This document shows positions 53,030 through 64,000 of a stretch of DNA of 64,000 nt, piece by piece (positions within the stretch are counted from its first letter, which is position 1; the number at the start of each line of letters is the position of its first letter). A program made the translations under genes and the position numbers. Source of the DNA: Haliotis cracherodii (taxonomy: Eukaryota); contig NW_027266275.1 of the NCBI RefSeq assembly GCF_022045235.1, forward strand, positions 68,758,001-68,822,000, in the 5' to 3' direction. The notes beneath the pieces are model-generated. The model made no database searches, was not told where the DNA came from, and saw nothing but the letters and a program-made list of their open reading frames with translations.

Positions 53030-54010
53030 GGATTTCCCGGTACGCATGTTGTTTCACAGGCAACAGCGTCACCTACATCTGTGCGGCCAGGTACATCCGT
53101 GAACAAGTGAGCAAACTCTTGAATCAACTCTGACACATGAGCCTTTAGCTCAGATGACAAATGACTTAACTTAGCATTCAAGTAAGCAAATACTTCAGAA
53201 TTGTTTATCTTTCTCATCAGTATCACAATATAATACAATATCCACAGGAGAAACAGTGGCAAGACACTGAGAAGGTCCATTGTCATTTTTCATGATACTT
53301 TCAAATCATACTAACACGGCAAAGCTGTGTCGTTTTACGACAGTCTGGTGTTTGCACATTGTCTGTATCACTGACTTTTCTGTAAATAACATAGGGAAAG
53401 TGGTACCTAGTACGTAATGGTTGACGAGGGATTGGCAAACACACTAAGATTCTATCACCAGAACTGTAATTTCTCTCTTGAGACTTTTTGTCATAGTGTA
53501 CTTTCATTTTGTCCTGGGATTTCTGATTTATCCCTGTTAACTGGCCCGAAATGATTAAGCCAAAGCTCCTTTAAGTGTTTTAAAGGTCCACGAACAGTAT
53601 GGCCAAAGACACGGTCAAAAGGACTAAAACCTAGGGACTCCTGAACTGACTCACAACAAACAACAACAAATGAACGCCTTCATCCCAATCTTTCTCAGTC
53701 TCAAAGTAGTAAATCAATGTCATATTCTGCAGAGTTCTCTAAAAATGTTCTTCAAAAGCTGGATTTCGTTTCAGAGGTGCGGTGGGAACTTTCTGATAAG
53801 GTTTGCCAACCATTTGAGACACATGGCATGTTTTTGCAAAATTCAGCCACATCATGCGGCAAATTGGGCCAAAAGAAATGGGACAAGATTTTGTCACAAG
53901 TTTTGTTTGCACCCAAATGGCCTGCCAAAGGTGTTTCATGTGCCACACTCAAAAGATATTTCGATATGAATTTGCAAGAACAATTTGATGGGAAAAAAAC
54001 TTTTATTCAT
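53030..54010 (-). mobile_element. Ty3/Gypsy LTR retrotransposon fragment, Gmr1-like domain order
   Basis: Integrase zinc-finger region AHETPLAGHLGANKT..FFWP, then a GPY/F-type tail MKVHYDKK..GDRILV..PYVI..TPD.RK, then the pre-RT segment KLSHL..LIQEFAHLFTDVPGRT. Frameshifted and deleted. Confidence 0.8.
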
Positions 54011-54857
54011 TATCAGCAGGTACATCTGGTGGCCTCCATTTCCCAATCGAAACGCTATCCTTGAAATGATAGTAAATTGGAAACTTCTGAAGAGAGTGCC
54101 CTGTTGGCATGAACTTTGAGTTCTGGGTCTCCCCATGAAACGTAACTTACGGCTCCCTACTGGTTCCTCAACAGCCAATCTGACAGACCTGACGGTACTC
54201 TCTCTCGAGAACTTAGACAGGTCAAGAGATTGATCCATAATTATTTTGTTGCCAAAGCCGTATCAAGAGTCACCGTCTGGGAAACGCAGTGTCCAAACGA
54301 GTTGAATAGCTGCTGTAATGTTGCAGAACCTGTAAGGTCATACAATTATACCTAAACCTAAGTGTTTTGACATGAGCTTTCTCCCCATAAAGGATAGACG
54401 AATTATGTCTTTGCAAGAGAAAGTATTTTGATGATACTCTTCTGAGAAAACACATCCATTCATCACCTTAAAAACTTTTATTCTGTGTTTTCTTTTGGAT
54501 CTAAGAACATGTAGACACATCTGTCTCTCCATGTTGAGGGGGTAGACAGCAGTACCGGTGACAACCTGCAATGTTAAGAGTTGTTATGTCAAACTTGGCA
54601 GCTATTAATTTCTCTATTCAATCTTGGGTAATCCGTATATCCATGCAATCACAACGGTTGTACCAAGACACATCAGAAACTGATATAACAGACTCATTGA
54701 TACACTGCAAAATGTGACAAAAATACATTGTGGCATGGGCGCGGCCATCTTTCTGAAAGCCTTCCTCCTGATTGGTCAATATAATATCATATCCATGGTA
54801 ATTAGCACAACAATGGTTGTGTATATAAATGAAATTTCCTAAATAATAAAAATATAT

Positions 54858-54861
<4 letters not shown>

Positions 54862-54921
<60 letters not shown>
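54862..54921. repeat. (AT)n microsatellite, about 30 units
   Basis: Directly visible. Confidence 0.95.
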
Positions 54922-54923
<2 letters not shown>

Positions 54924-55699
54924 TTTACCTATACATGGTTTCTTGTATGGCATTGTGGTCTCTAGCTTGAAAAAAAGTCAGCGCATGTACAAAAATCATA
55001 TCAAAATAGAGAACCCATCAACATTAACCACGTTAAACTATAATATGTGTCATGTGTACAACGTATATATGTCCTGGAAAAAGAAACAGGGTTGGTGTCA
55101 TGTATGTTATTTAGGAAATGGTTTTGTCGGTTTTGTTATACAAATTCTCGTCGAATTTCGAAAGAGAAGTTATATAGAAGGTGAACTGGATTGACATTTG
55201 GGAGATTTGGGCCTAACTTATAACAAAGCCACAGTATCGTGCGAGCCTTTCTTCAGTGTTCTCCTTCGGGTATTATCAGGCAGAACAGATTCACGGAATC
55301 CTGTGTTGATTTTAACATCTGACTATGTAACTTTGCCTATTGCGCTTTACCGCACATGGACGGCGTGAGACGTTGTTCCCACACGATACTCTACTCTGTA
55401 TACGTTATCATGATAAAGCTATAATTTCGTCCATTATCAATAAAGACACAAGCTGTAACATTGATCCGATTTCTTTCATTCATTCAACGACAAGGATATC
55501 TTCATTAACCCTGAATCAGTAACCTTCAAAACTGTAATTTAGGCTCATTGCAGAAAAAGATATAATTATTGGAACTGTTTTATTAAACTATACAATGGTA
55601 CAGATTAGTGTGTAAAAATGTACCAGCATATAAAACTTCACATAAGAGCCTCTATACCACAATGAGTACGTTAAAATGTTTTGCCCGGTTCTTCGAGAT

Positions 55700-57115
55700 G
55701 AAAAGTAAATGCTGAAAAAACCAAGTTGATATGGATAGGGTAAAAAATATATCAAGAAATAACTTATGTGAGGACTGGAATTTTGACTGGTCACAAACTC
55801 AGTTTAAGTTATTAGGCATAGATTTTGATGTTGATTTGGAAAAAATGGTCAATTTAAACTATACAAACAAGTTTGATAAGATAGAAAAGGAAATGAAAAT
55901 GTGGGAAAAGAGAACCCTGACACATATGGGTAGAAATGTACTGAAGTCATTGTTGTTACCCAAACTCAATCACCTGTTTTGAAGCATACCAAGCCCACAC
56001 AAAATTGTAATAGAAAAGTTTCAGTCAAAATGTTTTCACTTCATCTGGAGATCTAAACCTGGCAAAGTTAAAAGGAAAATTATGTCATTACATCCTAAAT
56101 ATGGCGGCACCTGTGTCCCAGTGGTCTATTTCTTTTCCACAATGGCATCAAAAGGGTATAGCATATATAAATGACTTCATTCATGACACAGGGAGATTAT
56201 ATGATTTTGATGACTTTGTACAAAACTACAGTTTGAAGACAGACTTTTTGTCCTATCAAGGAGTAAAACTATCAATAGTCGGGTATTTACAGAAAAACAA
56301 TATAATGCATTTTGCTAAAGTTTGCCAAAGACCTATACTCCCATATAATGTATTAAAAAAACAATAAAAAGGGAAGCAAGGTATTTTATGAAGCCCTATT
56401 AAACCCTAATTTCTTGAAAAACAGTTTAAAGATACAGAGTGGACAAACGTTAACCTTATGGCAAAAAGATGTACACAAAGTTCTGAATTAAGATGGTTTT
56501 AGTTTAAAATTAAACATAATATTTTAAGTACTAACTGTTATTTATTATTTATTTAAAATTGGATATGTTGAATTGACAGTTTGTTCATTATGTAATGAAC
56601 CATTTGAAACAATTACTCATGTATTATGTAATTGTCACTATGCTGCTGATATATGGACGAAACTTTCAGATTGGCTTGGAAACTATACAGAAGGCAGAGT
56701 TAATTTTAGTAATGAACACATACTGGATTTAAAGAGAATAATAACAATTCACTCAATGCAGTGAATATGGTAACAAAATCTATGCTGTACACATTTAACA
56801 GAAAAAATTCAAACCAATCTTTTTACTAATTCAAAAAGAAATACGTCGATATTATGAAATTACAAAATATGTTGCATATTAGAATTGTAATTATGCAAGT
56901 TATGCCTTCTGGTCTTCTCTAAATGTATTATTTCGAGACTGTATAACTATGATATCTGATCTGTCCATGCTACAAACATGCCAATAATGTCATAATAAAT
57001 CCATGCATCCTCTGTGTATGATATTGAAATGTAAAATATGGTGAAAAATGGAATAAATAATTAAAAGAAATATAATGTTTTGCTAGGGAAAAACTAATAA
57101 TAAAAAAATAAAACT
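55700..57115 (+). mobile_element. 5'-truncated Tx1/L1-like LINE
   Basis: FKLLGIDF..W.KRTLTHMGR..LKSLLLPKLNHLF, W.QKGI.YI.D and CSLC...ETITHVLCNC zinc knuckle, ending in an A-rich tail. Confidence 0.8.
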
Positions 57116-58264
57116 TCATCAATGAAAAATACAGTACCTATCATGATTAACCGAGTTAAATCAGAATATTGCCATATGTATGCGCAAATAATTAAAACAC
57201 AAATGATAGCACGATTACATGAAACTGAAGTGTTAAGGCCATGGGACTACAAACTCACTCATGTGCTAATTAATCGGTTGTGTAACTGGAACGTAAAGTT
57301 GTGAAATGAACGATTCAAACTCCTTCGATAAATTAATATATCGCGTTTCACATAACATTAGAAATCTGATCAACTCGTGTCTCGTTATTTACCCTAAAAT
57401 ATAAGGTTCACCACACCACAAAAGGTTCTCTGCTAAATAAACAAGAGCACTCTTTCGAGTTGCAGTGTGCTTAAATTATTCTGCTTGATAATATCATGTA
57501 TATTGCATTAGTATAATTACTCCATAGTTTTCGTTTGGTGCATAGACAAGACAAAAAACAAAAATTACCAAAATAAAAAAGTTCGAAACCATGATGATAC
57601 GATGCTGGCACCCCTAAGGGGTGTAATTCTCGACTGGGAATTACGGTACCTTAGACGATAGCACCCGAATAGTCGTATTCATGTATAGACATAAACTTCT
57701 GGGAAAAGGAAAGAAAACACTGAAAATGACAAACGTTATCAAACGTTACAAAAATGAAAACAGTCGGTGAAACACTATGATATCCGTATCAATTACATCA
57801 CCATCGAATAAGCATTTCTTGTTTATTTCATTTAAGTCACCATAAGAAATGTGTGTATACATTCTTTTACCCGGAAGTTTTCATCTCTTGAAAAATTCTT
57901 AAGAAGAATACGGAAGAGGTGCAAAGTCTGGTAATTGACATATTTCAGTCATCATGCTATTTCAAAACAAATCTGATCAACCGTAGACTAGTTACAAATC
58001 ATTTTAGTGAGTATCAACATGGTCAACAGTAGGTGGAAAAGAATCGAATCGAATCGAGGCAGATGTCACAAATAGTTGGTTTTTTTTTATTAAGAACGCC
58101 ATCATTACTGTCTCAACATGTGAAGGTATCAAACAGAGAATATTTTGTTAAGGACAGAATATCTTTCTGCCTGAGTCATCCAATTGAATCAGTTTGATAT
58201 TAATTAGAGTCATCCCACTGTGCGCTGTGATTGACTTTGTCATCAACTATGAAGGTTTGGAACA

Positions 58265-58302
58265 TATATAAAGCTTTACATTTCAACACATTTCAACAGT
58301 TG
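58265..58302 (+). promoter_or_regulatory. Candidate TATA box and initiator of copy 7
   Basis: TATATAAAG about 30 nt upstream of CAGTT and about 55 nt upstream of the ATG; conserved in all seven copies. Confidence 0.55.
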
Positions 58303-58323
58303 AATTTCACAGCTTCAAGTACA

Positions 58324-61173
58324 ATGAAGACCTTTTTCGCATTTGTTGTTGCTGTTGTAGCAGGCCAGGGTGAGTGTTTTAAATGACCATGACATTTTAC
58401 TATCCGCTTATCAGTAGATACGATGATACGTGACTAAGGCGCTGCGATATGATGTGTGAAGATAGTTAGACTTGTAAGGATGCGTTTTTCATGTGAGAGA
58501 ATCTAAACATATTTACATTAATCATTTTCAGTTGACGCATTGACGTTTTATATTTACATGTTTTCAGCTATGGCCATGTCGATACAGGATGGAAATGATG
58601 AGTGTGCTGATTGCATCGCTTTCATTACTGATCGCCAGGAGATGGAACTCGAATCGATTGTACGTAAATAATACCGACTATATCCCATGATAGTTCGTAA
58701 AGTTCAAAATGTGCCCACTAACATATACGTACATGTTTATAACATTATCTCATTGATTATACACTAATGGTTTATACCCTTATCCTTAATATAATACATC
58801 AAAATGGGATTTGTTGTCAACCAAGTGTCATTTGGGAAATAATATGGCAACTGTCAAGTCCTTAGAGGAATAATGTACTGAGTAATGTACTATCTACCAT
58901 AAATGAATCTATTACTGAAGATATGTCCATATATTTATCAGTATTCTATCTACCACAAATTAATCTATTACAACATATGTGTACATATTTTAAAAGAAGC
59001 CTATCCATGAAACTACGAATGTAAAATATCACAAATACACTGCTTCTTTCTCTTCTCCAGATTTAATGTACTGAGTTTTTAAACATTTCTTTCAGGATGA
59101 ACAGGAAGCAAAAATGAACAATATCTGTTCCACAATGGAACCCAGCCAGGTGGAAGAGGTGAGAAAAATAATAGTTCTCAATAGTAAACAAACGGATTTC
59201 ATAAACAAGAAGATCAGACATGTCATTGCAAAGAGGAATGTATTAAATATATCACACATCTGATAATTGAGGTAATAATTTTGATTATCTTTTGCAAACA
59301 ATTATCACTGTTCAGCGTTCTAGAACTGCCTGTATATTTTTAACAAGGTAGATAATTAAAAAGGAACAATAATCTCTATTCATTGTAAATTGTCACTTTT
59401 AAAATCTTAACGCCGTGATCATAGATAATCTAGTATTATCGAGGCTAACATTGTGAAAACGCGTATTTGCAGTGTAAGACAAAAGTGCAGAAAATATGCC
59501 AGAAGAAGAAGGACAAAGTCAACAGTCAGGTAACTGTTAACTTTTACATCATCCGAAATACTGCTCCAATCAATGGACTTATCATGAAGCACAAGATTGC
59601 GTCATCTTACATTTGCATATACTGACATCATGAAAAAGGTGATTGATGCAAAAAGTTCAGGAAAGTACCAATCAGATGGAATTTCGATACCCGGGGAAGG
59701 AGATGGATACCTCCATATCAGCATTTCAGCTTACATTCCCTTTATCAGAATAATAACCTTTATCATGTATACACTGATTTACACAAAACGCTGAGAACTG
59801 AAATTTGTTTTTCCCTTCAACTCTGTTATCATTATTGTAAACTGCGAGTAAGTAAAAGGATTGGGGTTTACAACATTTCATGCAATTTTGTTCACCTTCA
59901 CAGACCCCTGAAGCCATCTGTAAAGCCACCAAGTACTGTCCGTCGCTTGGTACCGCCAACATGAACACACCTACAAACAAGGCAAGATTAATTCCTAGTA
60001 CTAGTCCACTAGTCAACAGGTTTAGTGATGTTAACTCATCAAACTTACACACAATCAAATGAATGTCTTAACGGAGGTCTTCATTCGTCACACTTATTGT
60101 GCTACAATATTATTGTTACATTGGTTACAAACGAAAGCCTAAAACACGTAGGCATAATGATACGTTCAATTTGTCATTTCATGTTTCCGTAGGTTCAAGG
60201 GAGAGGGCGATGCAAGGACTGCAAGAACTTTCTAAAAGACGTCAAAGAAAGGCAAATGGACACTGTTGTGAGTGACAAATATTGAGAAGGTTTATCACTC
60301 CTATGTTGGTCTGGCATATTTGCATTTTTTCCCAAACTACATAAACATGTACCATCTTGTTTTAAGTTAAGTTAACAAATCGTACACGTTGATGTTATGC
60401 AATTATAAAATCATGACTACTTTTAGTTAAAAGCTTTCCTGTTACAGGCCTCTGTAAATGAACTGATTGAAACCATGTTCTGTGAAAAGCTGAGCGAAGA
60501 CCGCCAGGAACAGGTGTATTTATAGTTATCCAATACTTTTTCAGTTTTCTGTTTTTGATATAAATTCAGTAGTTCTATTCTGATTGTTTTTTAACGCCGC
60601 ACTCTGCAATATGTTAGCTACTTTACTGCAGTCTGAAAATAATCAACTCTGGACCAGACAATCCAGTGATTGACATCATGAGTGTTGGAGACAATGACGT
60701 GCACCATCCAAGTCAGCGAGCCTGACTATCTGATACCGTTAGTCGTCTCTCATATCTTACAGTACATTTCATAATGAGTCATCATATATATTCTTATATC
60801 ATTATATAATGTGTGTATGTTTATACTTTCAAACTCATCTAATTGTTTTTGAGCATTCTATGTACTCTGCTTCAGTGTGCTGACTTTCTAGATGCAGCAA
60901 TCGAAATGGAAATCCAGCTGATAGATTTGGTAGTAAGTAAATGTTGGATGAATAAATGAGATGCTCATTATTTCAATACATGCATAAACTTACACTTTAC
61001 AGACATAGATACACCAAATAAGGACAATTATCACTATGTTTAAATAACTGGATAGTTAGAGTTAAAAGACTACTGTTTTTTTTAATTAAACATATGTAAA
61101 AGAGTGGAACATTTTCTTATTACAGGATGTTAAGAAGTCATGCAATCGGCTTGGTATGTGTGGTGCCAACTAG
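58324..61173 (+). CDS. Saposin-like protein, copy 7 (inverted, intact)
   Basis: Exons 58324-58369, 58568-58659, 59096-59158, 59473-59529, 59904-59981, 60193-60267, 60448-60513, 60876-60932, 61126-61173 (582 nt). Exons are clearly better conserved than introns relative to copies 1-6, and all indels fall in introns. Confidence 0.9.
60590..60750 (-). mobile_element. Fragment of another SINE-like family in intron 7 (also 578-676, 8720-8880, 48975-49145, 61610-61740, 63845-64000)
   Basis: Recurring motifs GGTCAGGCTCGCTGACTTGG, CACTGGATTGTCTGGTCCAGACTCGATTATT and AATATTGCTGAGTGCGGCG. Confidence 0.6.
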
Positions 61174-61199
61174 TTGTAAGGTGAGGTTTTTTTAACATG

Positions 61200-61545
61200 A
61201 TATGGGCGGGGTGAGGTGAAGTGAGGCAAAATGAGTTTTAACATCGCGTTCAAGATTATTGCAGTCATATAGCGATGTACATGCACGTGTATGTGGCACC
61301 TACCTTGTACTGATCCGGACGTTAAAGTGCCAGACTGCCAGCTCACTGTGATACTATGTCGCCGTTTTACAATGGAAATCCCACGCAGACACATCATACT
61401 CAGACACCGAGCCGGCCAGTGTTTGTTTTATCCCCTTCAACAAGTACCATATTTTAAGGTCTTTTTGGAATGTCACGGCCGGGGATCGAACAAAACGACC
61501 TGCCGCTCCCCGGGCACATGCTCTATTAACTACAACACGGAGGTT
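61200..61545 (-). mobile_element. Old tRNA-headed SINE in intron 9 (homologues e.g. about 8945-9420)
   Basis: Minus-strand head CTCCGTGTTGTAG..GTTCGATCCCC followed by a GGCTCGGTGTCTGAGTAT..CAGTGAGC core; homologous sequence lies next to all seven copies (copy 1 truncated by the window edge). Confidence 0.55.
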
Positions 61546-61815
61546 CTACTTCTGCCAATGTGGCAGTTACACCACTGTCTGAGAAACGTGTTGGAACTAT
61601 ATCGAATGGTTGTTTATTTACTGTAACGCTGCAATCAGCAATACTCCAACTTTATGACGGCCTGTCAAAAATCGAGTCTGGTCCAGACAAGCCAGAGATC
61701 CATATTGTAAGAAACGATCCACGCCGTCGGGGTACGATGACAGGCAATCAATCTACTGTTATTACATTTATAAACAAGACACGGTTAACTTTATATTGAA
61801 CTTTCGGCATTGCAG

Positions 61816-61905
61816 ATGCTGAATATGCTGCCTCTCGATCCTTCATCGCCCACGGACAACGTCACATGTAAACCATGGTCAATAAAACTTTTCATTTAAC
61901 CAGAG
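61816..61905 (+). other. Probable non-coding terminal exon 10 with AATAAA poly(A) signal (copy 7)
   Basis: Donor AAG|GTGAG 7 nt after the stop (61180/61181), acceptor ttgcag|ATGCTG at 61816, AATAAA at 61881-61886. Homologous acceptor/AATAAA pairs on the minus strand: 8585/8515-8520, 18422/18351-18356, 28857/28787-28792, 39028/38958-38963, 47795/47725-47730. End coordinate approximate. Confidence 0.7.
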
Positions 61906-63269
61906 TACTGTTGTTACTTAGCCAGTTTATGTGCGATATGGAGATCATGTGTGGAACTTTGCAAGAACCGGTGTCATATTATAGGAACCTGACAATTTTT
62001 TAGCAAGGGAATCCTCGTGCAACGCCTGTTTTTACACCATACATAACATAGTCTCTCGACAGTCAAGAACGCAAAGATCCATTTGTATGAATTGGTCCAA
62101 GTTGGTCAACTGATGATCAAATGAAACTACTTGAACATTAATTTCTATTATATTTCGATTTTGAGGATAGGATGGGTGTGTTGGGGTTAACGCCTCTTTA
62201 AAAAGTACTCCAGTTATATCACTTCGTGTCTCCTTAATGTGGGAGGAAAGCCCAAAGTGATTCAGTTCTGAGATGTTAACCACTTTGTCGAAATCCATGA
62301 CCACAGGTATGGTGCCGATAAACCTAAAAACATAATCGGCGTGAACTGGGATCCGAACCAACTATCATAGGTTTCTGGCGTGCCAAAGGGACGCAGCTCT
62401 GCACAGCGAATAGCGGCGCCTTAGATGACTGGGTGAAATGTTGCTAAAGGCGACTTACCGGCAAGGTCTTCAGTGACTTGGTTGATTGAGTATCATCGTA
62501 CACCGATCCTTGCTCGCAACACCAATCATTGGATTGTCTGGTCCAAACTCGATTATATCCAGTTCGACATAAAACATCAAACTAACACACCTCTTCTCGA
62601 AGCAAAGTTTTATACGAAATATAGTGAATATACATGGACATTATTATACGAGCATGTGTGTCAAGCTTAGTTTACGAAATGAATGTCAGATATTTTGTAT
62701 TTCCCGCGAGAAATCAGTATGACACACATGTGAGTGTCATTATTTCTTTATTACCCATTATTTCCCAATCCTTTTCAGCTCCTCTTTAGAAAAATGCACT
62801 GATCATCACACAATTTGTGGAATGACGTCAACAATCTTTAGCTATGTCGTCGTTTCTAGTGCGACGCCATTCCGATCTTACGTCATACAAAGATTCGTCA
62901 ACAATGTCGTCCGTATGACGGAAACTATACACTGGTGCACGAGAAGGGATATTTGACATGCATCAACCAAGTCAGCACGCCTGACCACCTGATCCCGTTA
63001 GTCGCCTGGATCTCCACGGGTCCACGGTTTTAATGAACTCGTTTATTTCTAACCCTATTGGTAATAAATGACTGGATACTCGAGATATGGTTTAAATGAG
63101 ATTGCGGTTGTAGCGGTTTTGTCATCATATACTTATCAGTACTTTGATCATTGTTAGAAATACTGGCCAAGTTAGTCACTCACCATCAAAGTATTATAAT
63201 TCAATGACAGCGACACAAGTGCACCAGCATGATGATATCAGTATACCCTCAAGAACGAACACATATCTT

Positions 63270-63830
63270 AAGCCCTGTTTATATGCATCCATTTACCCCT
63301 GGGGTATTTTTACCCTCGTGGGTATATTTGTGTAAACGCATTTACTCTAAGGGGTTATTATATGCATATGAACGCATTCCGACATTTGCCCCACCAGACA
63401 TTTGCCTCACTGTCTTGCAACACCCCTATATATTTACAATGGACCTGCTCACAGGGAATTTCTTGAAAATGTATGAATAGATATTATGCAATATTTTAGA
63501 GGAGTTTTAGAAGTCAACACCAACAACATTTTCCTGCTAGATTGAAAAATGCCGCCGAAAGCTAAACGTGCTCGAGGTAATGCATGGTCTAAAGAGGAGA
63601 CCAAGTGTATGCCAGACATTGATTCACCCAATCAAACGAAATGATCGAAAGCAACCATATCGATCTTGAAAAGGCTCGACGGGAATATGAAATGAAGAAA
63701 CTTGATGACGAGGCCTCTAAACGCGATTTTGAGCTAAAACATGTCACACATTCAACAGGGTATCCAGACAACTCCAAGAAGAAACATAGACGACTCAGTG
63801 GAGGACAAAAACTCGTCTCCCCGTCGCCAT
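63270..63830 (+). mobile_element. Possible deleted PIF/Harbinger-like element
   Basis: AGCCCTGTTTATATGCA end next to TTA, TACCC/GGGTA subterminal repeats, a Myb/SANT-like start MPPKAKRARGNAWSKEETK at 63549 and a coiled-coil-like remnant at 63641-63745. Confidence 0.35.
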
Positions 63831-64000
63831 TATCACACTATGATGGTTGGTTGGTTGGCTTGTTGTTGAACGCCGCACTCAGCAATATTCCAACTATATA
63901 ACGGCGGTCTGTAAATAATCGAGTCTGGACTAGACAATCCAGTGATTGATATCCTGAACATCGATCCACGCAATTGGGATCGATGACATACATCAACCAA

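Larger units (their letters stand above)
54240..62430 (+). repeat. Older, inverted copy of the duplication unit
   Basis: Reverse-complement similarity to the spacer relic (54240-54850 vs about 44690-45930), the upstream region (57185-58320 vs 51610-52930), the gene, and the downstream flank (62388-62430 vs 8185-8228). Boundaries approximate. Confidence 0.8.

Noticed and set aside
118-61173. Calling the gene prosaposin, NK-lysin or a plant-type swaposin
   Set aside because: It has two normally ordered SapB-like domains, no SapA module and no recognisable orthology, so no gene symbol is given.
1-64000. CRISPR array or prokaryotic operon
   Set aside because: No short regular repeat-spacer array; spliceosomal introns, SINEs and LINEs show eukaryotic DNA.

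Overview
AT-rich, repeat-rich eukaryotic (animal) genomic DNA. The SINE families resemble molluscan, possibly abalone-like, repeats (inference). The main structure is invisible in the ORF track: a cluster of seven paralogues of a spliced gene with 9 short coding exons and a probable non-coding 10th exon. It encodes a 193-aa secreted protein made of a signal peptide and two saposin-B-like domains (C-x2-C-x25/26-C-x10-C-x23-C-x5-C). Six copies lie head-to-tail on the minus strand in 8.6-10.4 kb duplicated units, and a seventh, more diverged copy is inverted (58324-61173). Six copies have intact frames and splice sites, including a conserved GC-AG intron; copy 5 has a 1-nt frameshift. Spacers and introns hold decayed transposable elements: tRNA-derived SINEs, a QADD-type LINE, a Tx1/L1-like LINE, a Gmr1-order Gypsy fragment, a transposase-like relic, and a Penelope-like insert with a minimal hammerhead motif. 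Most ORFs in the supplied track are antisense, intron read-through or TE-derived.
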